64,000 nucleotides of DNA from an uncultured Candidatus Rokubacteria bacterium (GTDB taxonomy: Bacteria; Methylomirabilota; Methylomirabilia; Rokubacteriales; DASRDR01): positions 32,001 to 96,000 of the forward strand of contig CAVPSB010000013.1 of the NCBI GenBank assembly GCA_963708025.1, written 5' to 3'. This document shows positions 9,596 to 18,964 of this stretch, one piece after another. The position numbers and the translations under genes were made by a program. Under the pieces are notes generated by a model. It did not search any database and had not been told where the DNA came from. It saw only the letters and a list, made by a program, of their open reading frames with translations. Within the stretch, counting starts at the first letter, position 1. Each line of letters opens with the position of its first letter.

Positions 9596-11380
9596 CTACT
9601 CGCGCCCGCCCGGGCCCCGGTCGTAGGTCCACGTGACCGGGCCGCGCTCGGCCCGGCCGGCCTCGCGCCGGGCCTTGGTCGCGACGGCGTTGACCTCTCG
9701 CCCCGAGGCGTCCAGCACGACGCCGTAGTCCCGGAGGGCCGCCTCGACCGACACCTTGCCGTCCAGCACGTCGGCCAGCACGAGCGCCTCGTCGCGGTCG
9801 AGCGGGTCTCCGTGGCCGGCGCCGCCGGCGAGCCGGACGTGGAGCGTGTCGCCGGGCCGAAGCGTCAGCATCCGCTTGCCCGGCACCGTCTCCCGCATCC
9901 CGTCGGCGCGCTCGACCACCGCCTCGCCCCCCGCCGCCGGCAGGCCGCCGAAGAGGCCCCACGGCCGCGTGTAGAAGCGCTCGCCGCGGTGCGAGACCGT
10001 GAGGTCGGTCGAGACCGCGTGGAAGGCCTTCTCGAGCCCCAGGCCCCCGCGCCGGCGCCCGGCCCCGCCCGAGTCCCGGCGGGTCCGGCAGTAGGGGATC
10101 CGGATCGGAAAGTTCATCTCCAGCGCTTCGACCGGGATGTTCATGCAGTTGGTGACGTCGGTCTCGACGGCGTCGAGCCCGTCCTTCCGCGGCCGCGCCC
10201 CCATGCCCCCGGCGGCCAGCTCGGCCGCGACGAACGGCCGGCCGGTCTCGGGCCGCGTCCCCCCGATCGCCATGACGAGCAGCGTGCCCGAGCTCGCCGC
10301 CGGCACCTTCTCGGGCAGCGCCCGGACGAACGCGCCGAGCAGCGCGTCCGCGATGCGCTTGACGGTCGCCGTCCGGCCGCTCACCGGCGCCGGCGGGCGC
10401 GGGTTCACGAGACTGCCCTCGGGCAGCACGACCGAGATGGGGCGGAAGCAGCCCGCGTTGTTGGGGATCTCGGGATCGGTGATCGCGCGGATCACGTAGT
10501 ACACGGCCGAGAGCGTGGACGAGGGCACCGAGTTGAAGGGACCGCGCACCTGGGGGCTGGTGCCGGTGAAATCGAAGGTCAGCTCGGAGCCGCGGACGGT
10601 CACCGCCACCCGGATCTCGACCCGCCGGTCCAGGTCGATGCCGTCGTTGTCCATCTGGTCCGCGAAGCGATAGGTGCCGTCGGGGATCGCCGCGATCTGC
10701 CGGCGGGTCATGGTCTCGGCGCGCGCGAACAGCTCCTCGATCGCGGCCAGCACGGTCGCCACGCCGTGGCGGCCGAACAGCTCCCGCATCCGGGCCGCCC
10801 CCAGGCGCCCGGCGGCGATCTGGGCCATGAGGTCGCCGACGACCACGTCGGGGATGCGGACGTTGCGGCGGATGAAGGCGAGCACCGTCGGGTCGGGCTC
10901 GCCCTCGCGCAGCAGGCGGCACGGCGGGATGATGAGCCCTTCCTGGTAGATCTCGGTGGCGTCGGTCGGGATGCTGCCCGGGGTCTTCCCTCCCACGTCC
11001 TGGTGGTGGCACATCGTGGTGGCCAGCGCGACCGTCCGCCCCTCCCACCGGATGGGGACGACGACGACCCAGTCCGGCAGGTGCGTCCCGCCGTCGTAGG
11101 GGTCGTTGAGCAGGAAGGCGTCCCCCTCCCGCATGGACTCCGGCGGGAACGCCTCGATCATGCGCTTCACCGCGAAGATCAGCGAGCCGAGGTGGATCGG
11201 GATCCCGGTCCCCTGGGCGATCGTCTCGCCGCGCGCGTCGAAGAGCGCGGAGGAGGCGTCGAGCCCTTCCTTCACGATCGGGGAGTAGGCGCTCCTGAGG
11301 ATCGTGATCTCCATCTCGTCGGCGATGGCGTCGAACCGGTTCCGGAGCACTTCCAGGAGGATGGGATCGGCGAAGGCCAT
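9596..11380 (-). CDS. Hydantoinase B/oxoprolinase family protein
   Basis: DPILLEV, RSAYSPIVKE, NDPYDGGTHLPD, FDFTGT, DSGGAGRRRGG, GGAGHGDP. Confidence 0.92.
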   Translation of the reverse strand: MAFADPILLEVLRNRFDAIADEMEITILRSAYSPIVKEGLDASSALFDARGETIAQGTGIPIHLGSLIFAVKRMIEAFPPESMREGDAFLLNDPYDGGTHLPDWVVVVPIRWEGRTVALATTMCHHQDVGGKTPGSIPTDATEIYQEGLIIPPCRLLREGEPDPTVLAFIRRNVRIPDVVVGDLMAQIAAGRLGAARMRELFGRHGVATVLAAIEELFARAETMTRRQIAAIPDGTYRFADQMDNDGIDLDRRVEIRVAVTVRGSELTFDFTGTSPQVRGPFNSVPSSTLSAVYYVIRAITDPEIPNNAGCFRPISVVLPEGSLVNPRPPAPVSGRTATVKRIADALLGAFVRALPEKVPAASSGTLLVMAIGGTRPETGRPFVAAELAAGGMGARPRKDGLDAVETDVTNCMNIPVEALEMNFPIRIPYCRTRRDSGGAGRRRGGLGLEKAFHAVSTDLTVSHRGERFYTRPWGLFGGLPAAGGEAVVERADGMRETVPGKRMLTLRPGDTLHVRLAGGAGHGDPLDRDEALVLADVLDGKVSVEAALRDYGVVLDASGREVNAVATKARREAGRAERGPVTWTYDRGPGGRE

Positions 11381-11382
11381 GG

Positions 11383-11537
11383 TCAGTTTGGGACCTCCCG
11401 CCCACCCGATCCTTCGGACGGCCTTCGGCCTTTGGCGACGGCCTTCGGCCTTTGGCCCCCCTCCCCCACCGTTCGACGGCCTTCGGCCTTTGGCGGGGAG
11501 GGGGGAGCCGGAGGACTCGATTCCTTCCGTCCTCCCG
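11383..11537 (-). repeat. Repeat family A copy with 3 nested 20-mers at the hydantoinase A/B junction
   Basis: TCAGTTTGGGACCTCCCG..three GACGGCCTTCGGCCTTTGGC..GATTCCTTCC. Confidence 0.92.
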
Positions 11538-13570
11538 AGGAGCAGGTTCCCCGCCGGATCGGGCAGGGCCGTCCAGCCCGGCGGGACGATCGTCGTGGTG
11601 TCCGCCTGCTCGACGATGGCGGGGCCGGCGATCGCCACGCCGGCCGGCAGCCGGCCGCGCTCGTAGAGCGGGGTGTCGTGCCAGGCGCCGCCGAACCAGG
11701 CCCGGCGCGTCCCCTTCCACGCGGCCGCCGGCGAGCCTTCGGCCGGCGGCCGCTGGCCGAGGCGCGGACGCGGCAGCGGGTAGCGGTGGACGACCCGCAG
11801 GTTCACGATCTCGACGGGGTCCTCCGGCCGGTGATGGCGGTAGACGCGCTGGTGCGCTGCGTGGAAGGCCGCCACGATGGACGGGACCGACTCCGGTGTC
11901 ACTGCCGCCGGCAGCGGCACTTCCAGCTCGTAGGCCTGGCCGACGTACCGCATGTCGGCGGAGAAGCCCACCTCCACGGCTTCCGGTGGCACCCGCTCGT
12001 CGCGCATCTTCGCGCGCCCCTGTCCGTCCAGCTCGGCCAGGATCCGCCGGATGGCGTCGCAGTCGGCCGCGCGCAGATCCTGCACCGCGGTGCGCGCGTG
12101 GGCGTGCTCGATGGCGGCCACCAGGAGGCCGAAGGCGGAGAGGACGCCTGGCGCTTCCGGCACGACGAGGTGCTCGATGGCCAGCTCCTCGGCGAGCGCC
12201 ACGCCGTGGACCGGTCCGGCTCCACCCAGGAGGACCAGGGCGAACTCGCGGGGGTCGTGGCCGCGCTCGATCGTGACCAGCCGGATCTGATCGGCCATCC
12301 GCGCGTTGATCACCCGGTGGATGCCGGCGGCAGCCGCCACCGGACGGAGCCCGAGGGGCGCCGCGACGGCGGCCACCGCGTCGTGGGCCAGCCGCGGGTC
12401 GAGCCTCAGGCTCCCCCCCGCGAAGTAGTCGGGGTCCAGGTAGCCGAGGACGACGCTGGCGTCGGTCACCGTCGCCCGGCTGCCGCCCTGCCCGTAGCAG
12501 GCGGGCCCCGGCTCGGCCCCGGCGCTCTGCGGTCCGACCCGCAGGCCGCCGGCCGCGTCGATCCAGGCCAGGCTGCCCCCGCCGGCCCCGATGGTGTTGA
12601 CGTCGACCATGGGCACCCGGACCGGGTACCCGGCGATGGCGCCACTCTGGCTGATGAGCGGGACCCCGCCCTGGACCAGCGCGACGTCGGAGCTGGTGCC
12701 GCCGATGTCGATCGAGATGATGTCGCGGTGACCCGACGCCGCCGCCGCGAAGAGAGCCCCGACCACGCCGGCCGCCGGCCCGGAAAAGACGAGCGACACC
12801 GGGCGGGCCGCCGCCAGGCGGGCCCCCGTGATGCCGCCGCGCGAGTGCATGATCTGGGCGCCGACGGCGATCCCCAGGCCCTTCAGCGCCCCATCGAGGC
12901 CGCCCAGGTAACGGGCGCAGATCGGCCGCAAGTAGGCGTCGAACGCGGTGACGCAGGACCGCTCGTACTCGCGGAACGTCGGATCGACCTCGCTCGACAG
13001 CGAGACCGCCAGATCGGGGTGCCGCCGGGCGATCAGCTCCCGGGTCCGCTCTTCGTGGGCGGGGCTGAGAAAGGCGAAGAGATAGCAGACCGCGATGGCC
13101 TCGATGCCCTCCGCCGCCCGCAGGCCCTCCACCGCCCGCAGCACGCCGGCCTCGTCCAGCGGCACGAGCACGCGGCCGGCGGCGTCCACCCGCTCCCGGA
13201 CGCCGACCCGGCGCCGCCGGGGGGCGAGGAAGATCGGGGTGTCGGCATCCATGTCGAGGTCGTACATGCGGGAGCGGCGCTGCCGGCCCAGCTCGAGAAC
13301 GTCCTCGAAGCCCTCGGTGGTGAGGACGGCGGTGATCGCGCCTTTCCGCTCGACGACCGCGTTCGTCGCCACCGTGGTCCCGTGGATGAAGCGGGTGACC
13401 TCGGCGGGGCGCGCCCCGGTCAACTGGAGGATCCGCGCCACCGCGTGCCGGATGCCGACCAGCAGGTCCTTGGGCGTGGACGGCACCTTGGTGAAGGCCA
13501 GCCGCTCGCGGTCGACGATGCCGACGATGTCGGTGAAGGTACCGCCGATGTCGACCCCGATCTCGATCAG
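11383..13570 (-). CDS. Hydantoinase A/oxoprolinase family protein; start and stop both lie inside repeat copies
   Basis: IGVDIGGTFTD, HGTTVATNA, SGPAAG, DIGGTSSD, IGAGGGS, GPQSAGAEPGPACYG, MRYVGQ. Confidence 0.9.
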
Positions 13571-13686
13571 TTCGGGACCTCCCGCCTACCCGATCCTTCG
13601 ACGGCCTTCGGCCTTTGGCCCCCCTCCCCCACCCACTGGGGGGAGGGGGGAGCCGGAGAGACGCATTCTCAGTTCACACGCTCTCG
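13567..13686 (-). repeat. Repeat family A copy with 1 nested 20-mer
   Basis: TCAGTTCGGGACCTCCCG..CACACGCTCTCG. Confidence 0.92.
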
Positions 13687-14490
13687 GTCGGAGGACAGGG
13701 TAGGGACGGCGCTGCCGGTCGCCGGGGGTGGGCGGTAGCCGGCGAGGCGCCGGCGCGAGTCGGAGCCCAGGGCGCCCAGGAGCAGCGCGAGATGCCGGCT
13801 CGCCGGCGCCAGGTCGGCCTCCCCCGCCAGCGCGCCGAGGGACCCCTGGAACTCGGCGAGGTCGCCCGAGGAGAGCAGCCCCATCACGCGGTCGTCGAGC
13901 CACAGGTCGGGCGTCGCCGGCCACCGCTCGGCTCCGCGGCCCGGCCGGCAGCACACCGCGCCGCTCACGGCCAGGATCGCGCGCTTGCCGCCGGCCCGGA
14001 GCGCCGCCCCGATGGCCCGGCCCCAGCGGAGGGTCTCCGCGAGATCCGCCAGGTGACAGAGCGAGACGGGGACGATGGGAAACCGTCCACCGGGCGTCAG
14101 GTACCGGAGGGCGCTGACGGTGGCGTCGTCGAGGGGAAGCGCCAACTCCTCGGTGAGGACGACGGGGATCCGGGCGGCCCAGCCGGCCGTGACCAGCGCC
14201 CGCGCGGTCTCCGGGTCCCCCGGGAAGTCGTAGGGAACCGGAGGAACGGCATCGGACGCCTCCGTCCCGGTCAGCGTGCCGGAAAGGCGAGGGGAGCCCG
14301 CCACGTAGGTGTGGAAGGTCGTGACCCACTGGGCCGAGGCGAGGACGATCACGTCCGGGCTGAAGCGGGCCACCTCCTCGCCGAGGGCCCGGAGCCCGCG
14401 CAGCACGGGCTGAGCGGCCGCGCCGGCGCGGTCCGGGTCGGAGCCCCGCGGCGGGGACGGGACGAGCATGCCACGGAGGAGGTTGTCCAT
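13669..14490 (-). CDS. LigB/class III extradiol dioxygenase-fold protein, apparently lacking metal ligands
   Basis: PDVIVLASAQW, YDFPGDPE, LDDATVSAL, WGRAIG..AILAVSG layout. Confidence 0.7.
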   Translation of the reverse strand: MDNLLRGMLVPSPPRGSDPDRAGAAAQPVLRGLRALGEEVARFSPDVIVLASAQWVTTFHTYVAGSPRLSGTLTGTEASDAVPPVPYDFPGDPETARALVTAGWAARIPVVLTEELALPLDDATVSALRYLTPGGRFPIVPVSLCHLADLAETLRWGRAIGAALRAGGKRAILAVSGAVCCRPGRGAERWPATPDLWLDDRVMGLLSSGDLAEFQGSLGALAGEADLAPASRHLALLLGALGSDSRRRLAGYRPPPATGSAVPTLSSDRERVN

Positions 14491-14706
14491 CGTGTCGCGT
14501 CGCCCTCTTGCTCCAGATGGGAACAGGCGCTGAGGCCAGGCCCAACCGGCGGGATCAGGGCTATGACTAACACCCGCTCCCAGGGCTGTCAAGGCAGCCA
14601 GGGCGTTCCCCGGAAAGCTTGGTCCCCCGGGGCCCCCCTAGTACAATAGCGCCGGTTTTTCCCAGCCCAACGACTCGCGGGGCACGGCTCTCCGAGGGGG
14701 ACAGCG

Positions 14707-15813
14707 ATGGCGAAAGCGCGGTGGGCGGTGGTCGGCGTGCTGAGCGCGGTGGTGTGGCTGGGGGCCGAGGCCCCCGCTGCCGCCGTCGATGAGGTGTTCC
14801 TGCGCAACGGCGGGCGGGTCCACGGTGAGCTGGACGACGGTGCCCTCACCCTCCAGACCCCGCAGGGCGCGTATAAGGTGGGTCGCCAGCGGGCCTGGCG
14901 GCTGATCCTCGGCCAGGGCACGACCGGCGACTCGGTGGATCTGCGGAACGGCAACCGGCTCTCCGGCCGGCTCGACGCGCCGCGCTACACCCTGCGGGTC
15001 GCCGGGGGCGAGGCGCGGGCATTCGGCAGGGCGGAGGTCATGTGGATCAAGCTCGGCCCGCCGGCCGCTCCCGGCACCGGCCAGGTCACCGACGTCCTGA
15101 CCCTGAGGAACGGAGACTCCGTCTACGGCCAGGTGACGCCCTCGGAGCTCGCGCTGGCGCTCCCGACCGGAACCCAGCGCTACGGTCGGGACGCGGTCTG
15201 GGGGGTCCGCCTCAACTCCGCGACCGGGGACACGCTGCAGCTCCTGAACGGGGGCCAGCTCTCGGGGATCGTGGCTGAGCCGCGGTACGAGGTGAGGACG
15301 CCCGACGGGCAGACGGTGGCCTTCGGGCGCGACGAGGTGCGGTCGATCGTGTTCCAGCCGCCCCCCAGGCCGCGTGCCGCGGCCGCCGCGCCGGCGCCGC
15401 GAGCCCTCGCCGCCACGCCGCCCCCGGCGGCCGCCCCGCCCCCGGCGGCGCCCGCGCCCCTGCCGCCGGCGGTCCGGGCCGTCCTCCGCGACCTCCAGTT
15501 CGAGTTCGATCGGTGGGAGCTGACCCCGGAGGCCCGGCGCACCCTCGAAGAGCTGGCGACGGCGATGAAGGCGTATCCGGAGCTGCGGCTCACCGTCGAG
15601 GGGCACGCCGACGAGCGGGGGACCAGCGAGTACAACCTGGCGCTCGGCTCCCGCCGCGCCCAGTCGGCCCGGGACTACCTGGTCAGCCTCGGCATCGCGG
15701 CCGAGCGGCTCGAGACCACCTCGTACGGCGAGGAGCGACCGGTCGATCCGGCTCACAACGAGATCGCCTGGGCGCTCAACCGCCGGGCGCACTTCGTGGT
15801 GAAGGCCCCGTGA
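14707..15813 (+). CDS. Secreted protein with four LxNG repeats, Pro/Ala linker and C-terminal OmpA/Pal peptidoglycan-binding domain
   Basis: Signal peptide; FEFDRWEL, VEGHADERGTSEYNLALGSRRA, SYGEERP, LNRRAHF. Confidence 0.88.
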   Translation: MAKARWAVVGVLSAVVWLGAEAPAAAVDEVFLRNGGRVHGELDDGALTLQTPQGAYKVGRQRAWRLILGQGTTGDSVDLRNGNRLSGRLDAPRYTLRVAGGEARAFGRAEVMWIKLGPPAAPGTGQVTDVLTLRNGDSVYGQVTPSELALALPTGTQRYGRDAVWGVRLNSATGDTLQLLNGGQLSGIVAEPRYEVRTPDGQTVAFGRDEVRSIVFQPPPRPRAAAAAPAPRALAATPPPAAAPPPAAPAPLPPAVRAVLRDLQFEFDRWELTPEARRTLEELATAMKAYPELRLTVEGHADERGTSEYNLALGSRRAQSARDYLVSLGIAAERLETTSYGEERPVDPAHNEIAWALNRRAHFVVKAP

Positions 15814-16460
15814 AAGCCGTACGGCTCGCCGCCGTGGTGGGTGGGCTGGTGCTGATCGGGCTGGTCCTGCCGGCCCCGGTCGTGGCCCAGGGCGCCAAGT
15901 CGCCGGAGCCGGCGGTCGGCGCCTGGGCCAGCTATCGCTGGACCTCGACGCTCAGCCAGACGGTGCCGGTGCTGGTGCAGCAGACCGGCGCCGGCGGGCG
16001 GGTGGCCTGGTCGGTCTCCCAGGAGTCGGTCACCCCCGGGCCCCTCGTCGTGACGTACGGCGTGGTCCGCGCCGACCGCGGGAGCTACACGCTGCAGATC
16101 GTGACGCAGGTGGGTCCCGATGCACCGCCGCTCTCGGTCACCCAGGTGACCGTGGACCGAGCCTCCGGGAAGGCCCGGCGCAGCGTCATCCGTGGGCCGA
16201 AGGGCCCCGTCGCCACCCCCGAGTCGGTGCTCCGGCCCTTCCGGGAGGCCGCTGTCGCGCAGGGCCGGCGCGAGGAGGTCGTGGTGCCGGCGGGTCGCCT
16301 GACCGCCGCCCACGGCACGGCCCTGGGGGCGGAGGTCTGGGTCGCCGACACGGTGCCGGTTCTGGCCCTGGTCAAGGCGGTGTGGCGCGACGGGATGCTG
16401 GAGCTCGTGAGCAGCGGTCAGAGCGGCGCCAAGGATCTCCTCAAACCCGGCTCGCAGTAG
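15810..16460 (+). CDS. Secreted hypothetical protein (VxVPAG motif, DUF3108-like beta protein)
   Basis: Signal peptide; EEVVVPAG..EVWVADTVPVLALVK; GTGA coupling to upstream gene. Confidence 0.68.
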   Translation: MKAVRLAAVVGGLVLIGLVLPAPVVAQGAKSPEPAVGAWASYRWTSTLSQTVPVLVQQTGAGGRVAWSVSQESVTPGPLVVTYGVVRADRGSYTLQIVTQVGPDAPPLSVTQVTVDRASGKARRSVIRGPKGPVATPESVLRPFREAAVAQGRREEVVVPAGRLTAAHGTALGAEVWVADTVPVLALVKAVWRDGMLELVSSGQSGAKDLLKPGSQ

Positions 16461-16478
16461 GGGAGGCCAGCTACGACC

Positions 16479-16844
16479 ATGGGCTCGATCGCGCGCGCGC
16501 GGCTCGTTCCGCTCCTTCTCGGCGTCCTGCTGACCGGCGCGGCGGCGTTGTCGCCGGCCCACGCAGACACGCTGGTCCTCACCAACGGCGATCTCCTCTA
16601 CGGGCGGCTCGACGTCACCCAGCTTCCCGTCGCCACGCCCGGCGGGGTGGTCCAGGTGTCAACGGCCGACGTCGCCGACGTCGAGCTCAGCACGATCGCC
16701 GGCGCCGACGTGCTCCGCTACAAGAACGGGACCGCGGTGGGCGGCATCGTCGACCCCCTAGCGTACACGATGCGGCTCGCGTCGGGTCAGACGGTCGTGA
16801 TCGAGCGCTGGCGGGTGAAGGCGATCAAGTTCCGGACCCGCTAA
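16479..16844 (+). CDS. Secreted protein with two LxNG repeats
   Basis: GGAGG RBS; signal peptide AHA|D; DTLVLTNGDLLYG and DVLRYKNGTAVGG. Confidence 0.78.
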   Translation: MGSIARARLVPLLLGVLLTGAAALSPAHADTLVLTNGDLLYGRLDVTQLPVATPGGVVQVSTADVADVELSTIAGADVLRYKNGTAVGGIVDPLAYTMRLASGQTVVIERWRVKAIKFRTR

Positions 16845-16912
16845 TCTCTTCGGGGGGGTCTCGGGAAGACCCCCCGATGCCCCCCCTCGGTTGCGCCGGC
16901 AAGCCGGCGCTC
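16841..16912 (+). repeat. Repeat family B, 5' half, directly after TAA
   Basis: CTAATCTCTTCGGGGGGGTCTCGGGAAGACCCCCCGATGCCCCCCCTCGGTTGCG. Confidence 0.8.
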
Positions 16913-17092
16913 TGAAGCCGCTCCCCGCCGAGCACGGCAGGCCGAAGATCTCCGCTCACTTTGGACATGCCCCTGGCTTATTCGTTCTCCTTCCCTCCGG
17001 CCGTCCGGGGCCGCGCCGGACGGCCCCTCGACCCGCGTGTTACCATGGCCGAAGTGGGGACGATCCACGCGCGCACTGCAGGAGGCACGGTC

Positions 17093-18119
17093 ATGGGCCA
17101 CCCCCGGATCCTCGCCGTCGGGACGGCCGTGCCGGCCACCCGGTTCGACCAGTCGGATCTCCTGGCGCTCGCCGGCTACGACGACGCGCAGCGGCGCGGC
17201 TTCTTCCTCCGTAGCGGGATCGACGGGCGCCACCTCTACATGGACGCGGCCCGGCCCCGGGCCGACGAGAGCGTCGAACGAGCTGACGGCACGCTTCCAG
17301 GAGGGAAGCGTGACCCTCGGGGCCCAGGCGGTCCGGACCTGCCTCGAGCGGGCGAACGCCGACGTCGGCGACGTGGACTTCCTCGCCACCACGACGTGCA
17401 CGGGGCGACTCTGTCCGAGCCTGGACGCCCACCTGATCCGGACGCTCGGCTTCCGCGAGGACGTGCAGCGGGTCCACGTCGGCGACACCGGGTGCGCGAG
17501 CGCGGTGGTCGCTCTCCAGCAGGCGCACAACTACCTGCGCGCCTTCCCGGGCCACCGGGCCCTGGTGGTGGCCGCCGAGATCTGCTCGGCCACCTACGTG
17601 CTGGACGGTGCCCTCGAGACCGCGGTGGCGAACGCCATCTTCGCCGACGGCGCCGGCGCGCTGCTCCTGGGCACCGAGGGGGCGGGGGTCGAGGTCGTCG
17701 GCCACCGCACGCTCATCCGCTCCGAGCACCTGGACCGGATGGGCTTCACCTTCCCCGGCGGGCGTCACCGCGTCCTCCTCAGCAAGGAGATCCGCCGGAT
17801 CGCGCCGGCCATGATGGAGGAGGTCGCGATGCGCCTCCTCAAGGACCATGGGCTCCGGCGCGAGGACGTGCGGTTCTGGGTCCTGCACTCGGCCGGGCGC
17901 CGGGTCATCGAGCGGGCCCAGACCGCGCTCGGCCTCCCCGACTCGGACCTCGTCTTCTCCCGCGAGGTGCTGCGGCGGTTCGGCAACATGTCGTCGGCGA
18001 CGGTGCTCTTCGTGCTCGACGAGGTGCTGCGCACCGGCCACCCGGAGCCCGGCGACTGGGGGGTGATGGTCGCCCTCGGTCCCGGCTTCGCGGCGGAAGG
18101 CGCGCTCCTCCGGTGGTGA
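17093..18119 (+). CDS. Type III polyketide synthase; frameshift near 17278
   Basis: GGAGG RBS; ILAVGTAVP, TTCTG..PSLD, GDTGC (Cys), EICS, IFADG, WVLH (His), FGNMSSAT (Asn), LGPGF. Confidence 0.92.
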
Positions 18120-18229
18120 GGACATCGAAGGGGATTCGGAAGGCCCCCGCATCGAGGGGAACTCGGAAGGCCCCGGCGAGGTCCCGCCGGGCTCTTCGCG
18201 GGCTCTGAGCGGGCGGCGGCGATCGGCGG

Positions 18230-18964
18230 ATGCTTCGCGCCCTTCGCCCCCTGCCCCGTGAGGTGACCCGGCTCGAGCTGCTCGACCGGCCCGGCGCCCC
18301 GTCCTCCGAGCTCGCGGAGAGCCTCGCCGACATCGGCCGCCTCAACCGCCTCGGCCCGACCCGGAGCCTCCTCGACCGCGTCGCGCCGTTCCTGGACCGC
18401 TTCCGCCAGGAGGGACACCGGCGGCCCTTCCGCGTGCTCGACATCGGCACTGGCGGAGCCGACATCCCCGTCGCGCTCGCCGGGTGGGCGCGGGCTCGCG
18501 GCTGCCCGGTCACGGTGCTCGCGCTCGACGCCCAGCCCGAGGTCCTGGCCTGCGTGGCGCCTTCCGCGCGGCGGCTCGCCGAGGTGCGCCTGGTCGCCGG
18601 CGACGCCCGCCACCTGCCCATCCGGCCCCACGGGGTGGACCTCGCCCTCTGCTCGCTGACCCTCCACCACCTTCCGGAGAGCGGCGTGGTCACCCTGCTC
18701 CGCCTGATGGCCGACACCGCCCGGCTCGGCTTCGTGGTCAGCGATCTCCGGCGGAGCCGCTCGGCGTACCTGGGCGCCTGGCTCGCCACACGCCTCATCT
18801 CGCGGAACCGCTTCACTCGTCACGACGGCCCGCTCTCGGTGCGCCGCGCCTTCACGCCGGACGAGCTGCGCGCCCTCTCGGCCGCCGCCACGCTGCCAGA
18901 CGTTCGGTGGCACCGGGCGCCGATGTTCCGGGTCATCGGAGTGTACGCGAATGGCGCGGGTTGA
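18230..18964 (+). CDS. SAM-dependent methyltransferase
   Basis: ELLDRP, VLDIGTGGADIP, SLTLHH, SDLRR, HDGPLSVRRAFT. Confidence 0.88.
   Translation: MLRALRPLPREVTRLELLDRPGAPSSELAESLADIGRLNRLGPTRSLLDRVAPFLDRFRQEGHRRPFRVLDIGTGGADIPVALAGWARARGCPVTVLALDAQPEVLACVAPSARRLAEVRLVAGDARHLPIRPHGVDLALCSLTLHHLPESGVVTLLRLMADTARLGFVVSDLRRSRSAYLGAWLATRLISRNRFTRHDGPLSVRRAFTPDELRALSAAATLPDVRWHRAPMFRVIGVYANGAG

Noticed and set aside
8991-11720. 909-aa ORF ending in a phosphoesterase domain
   Set aside because: Only the last ~130 aa are real; the rest is an off-frame read of hydantoinase B
13586-13588. In-frame TAG as pyrrolysine or programmed readthrough
   Set aside because: Lies in repeat-derived, non-conserved sequence; no pyl genes in the window
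8858-13686. Recurring 20-mer as a CRISPR array
   Set aside because: Irregular spacing, intervening sequence is conserved repeat or genes rather than unique spacers, and there are no cas genes
9410-13738. 1442-aa plus-strand ORF and other long antisense ORFs (e.g. 26629-28866, 31901-34354, 37566-40181)
   Set aside because: Shadow frames of real opposite-strand genes in high-GC DNA; no recognisable motifs
14495-14562. Riboswitch in the LigB-like leader
   Set aside because: Some pairing is possible but I could not match any known aptamer consensus
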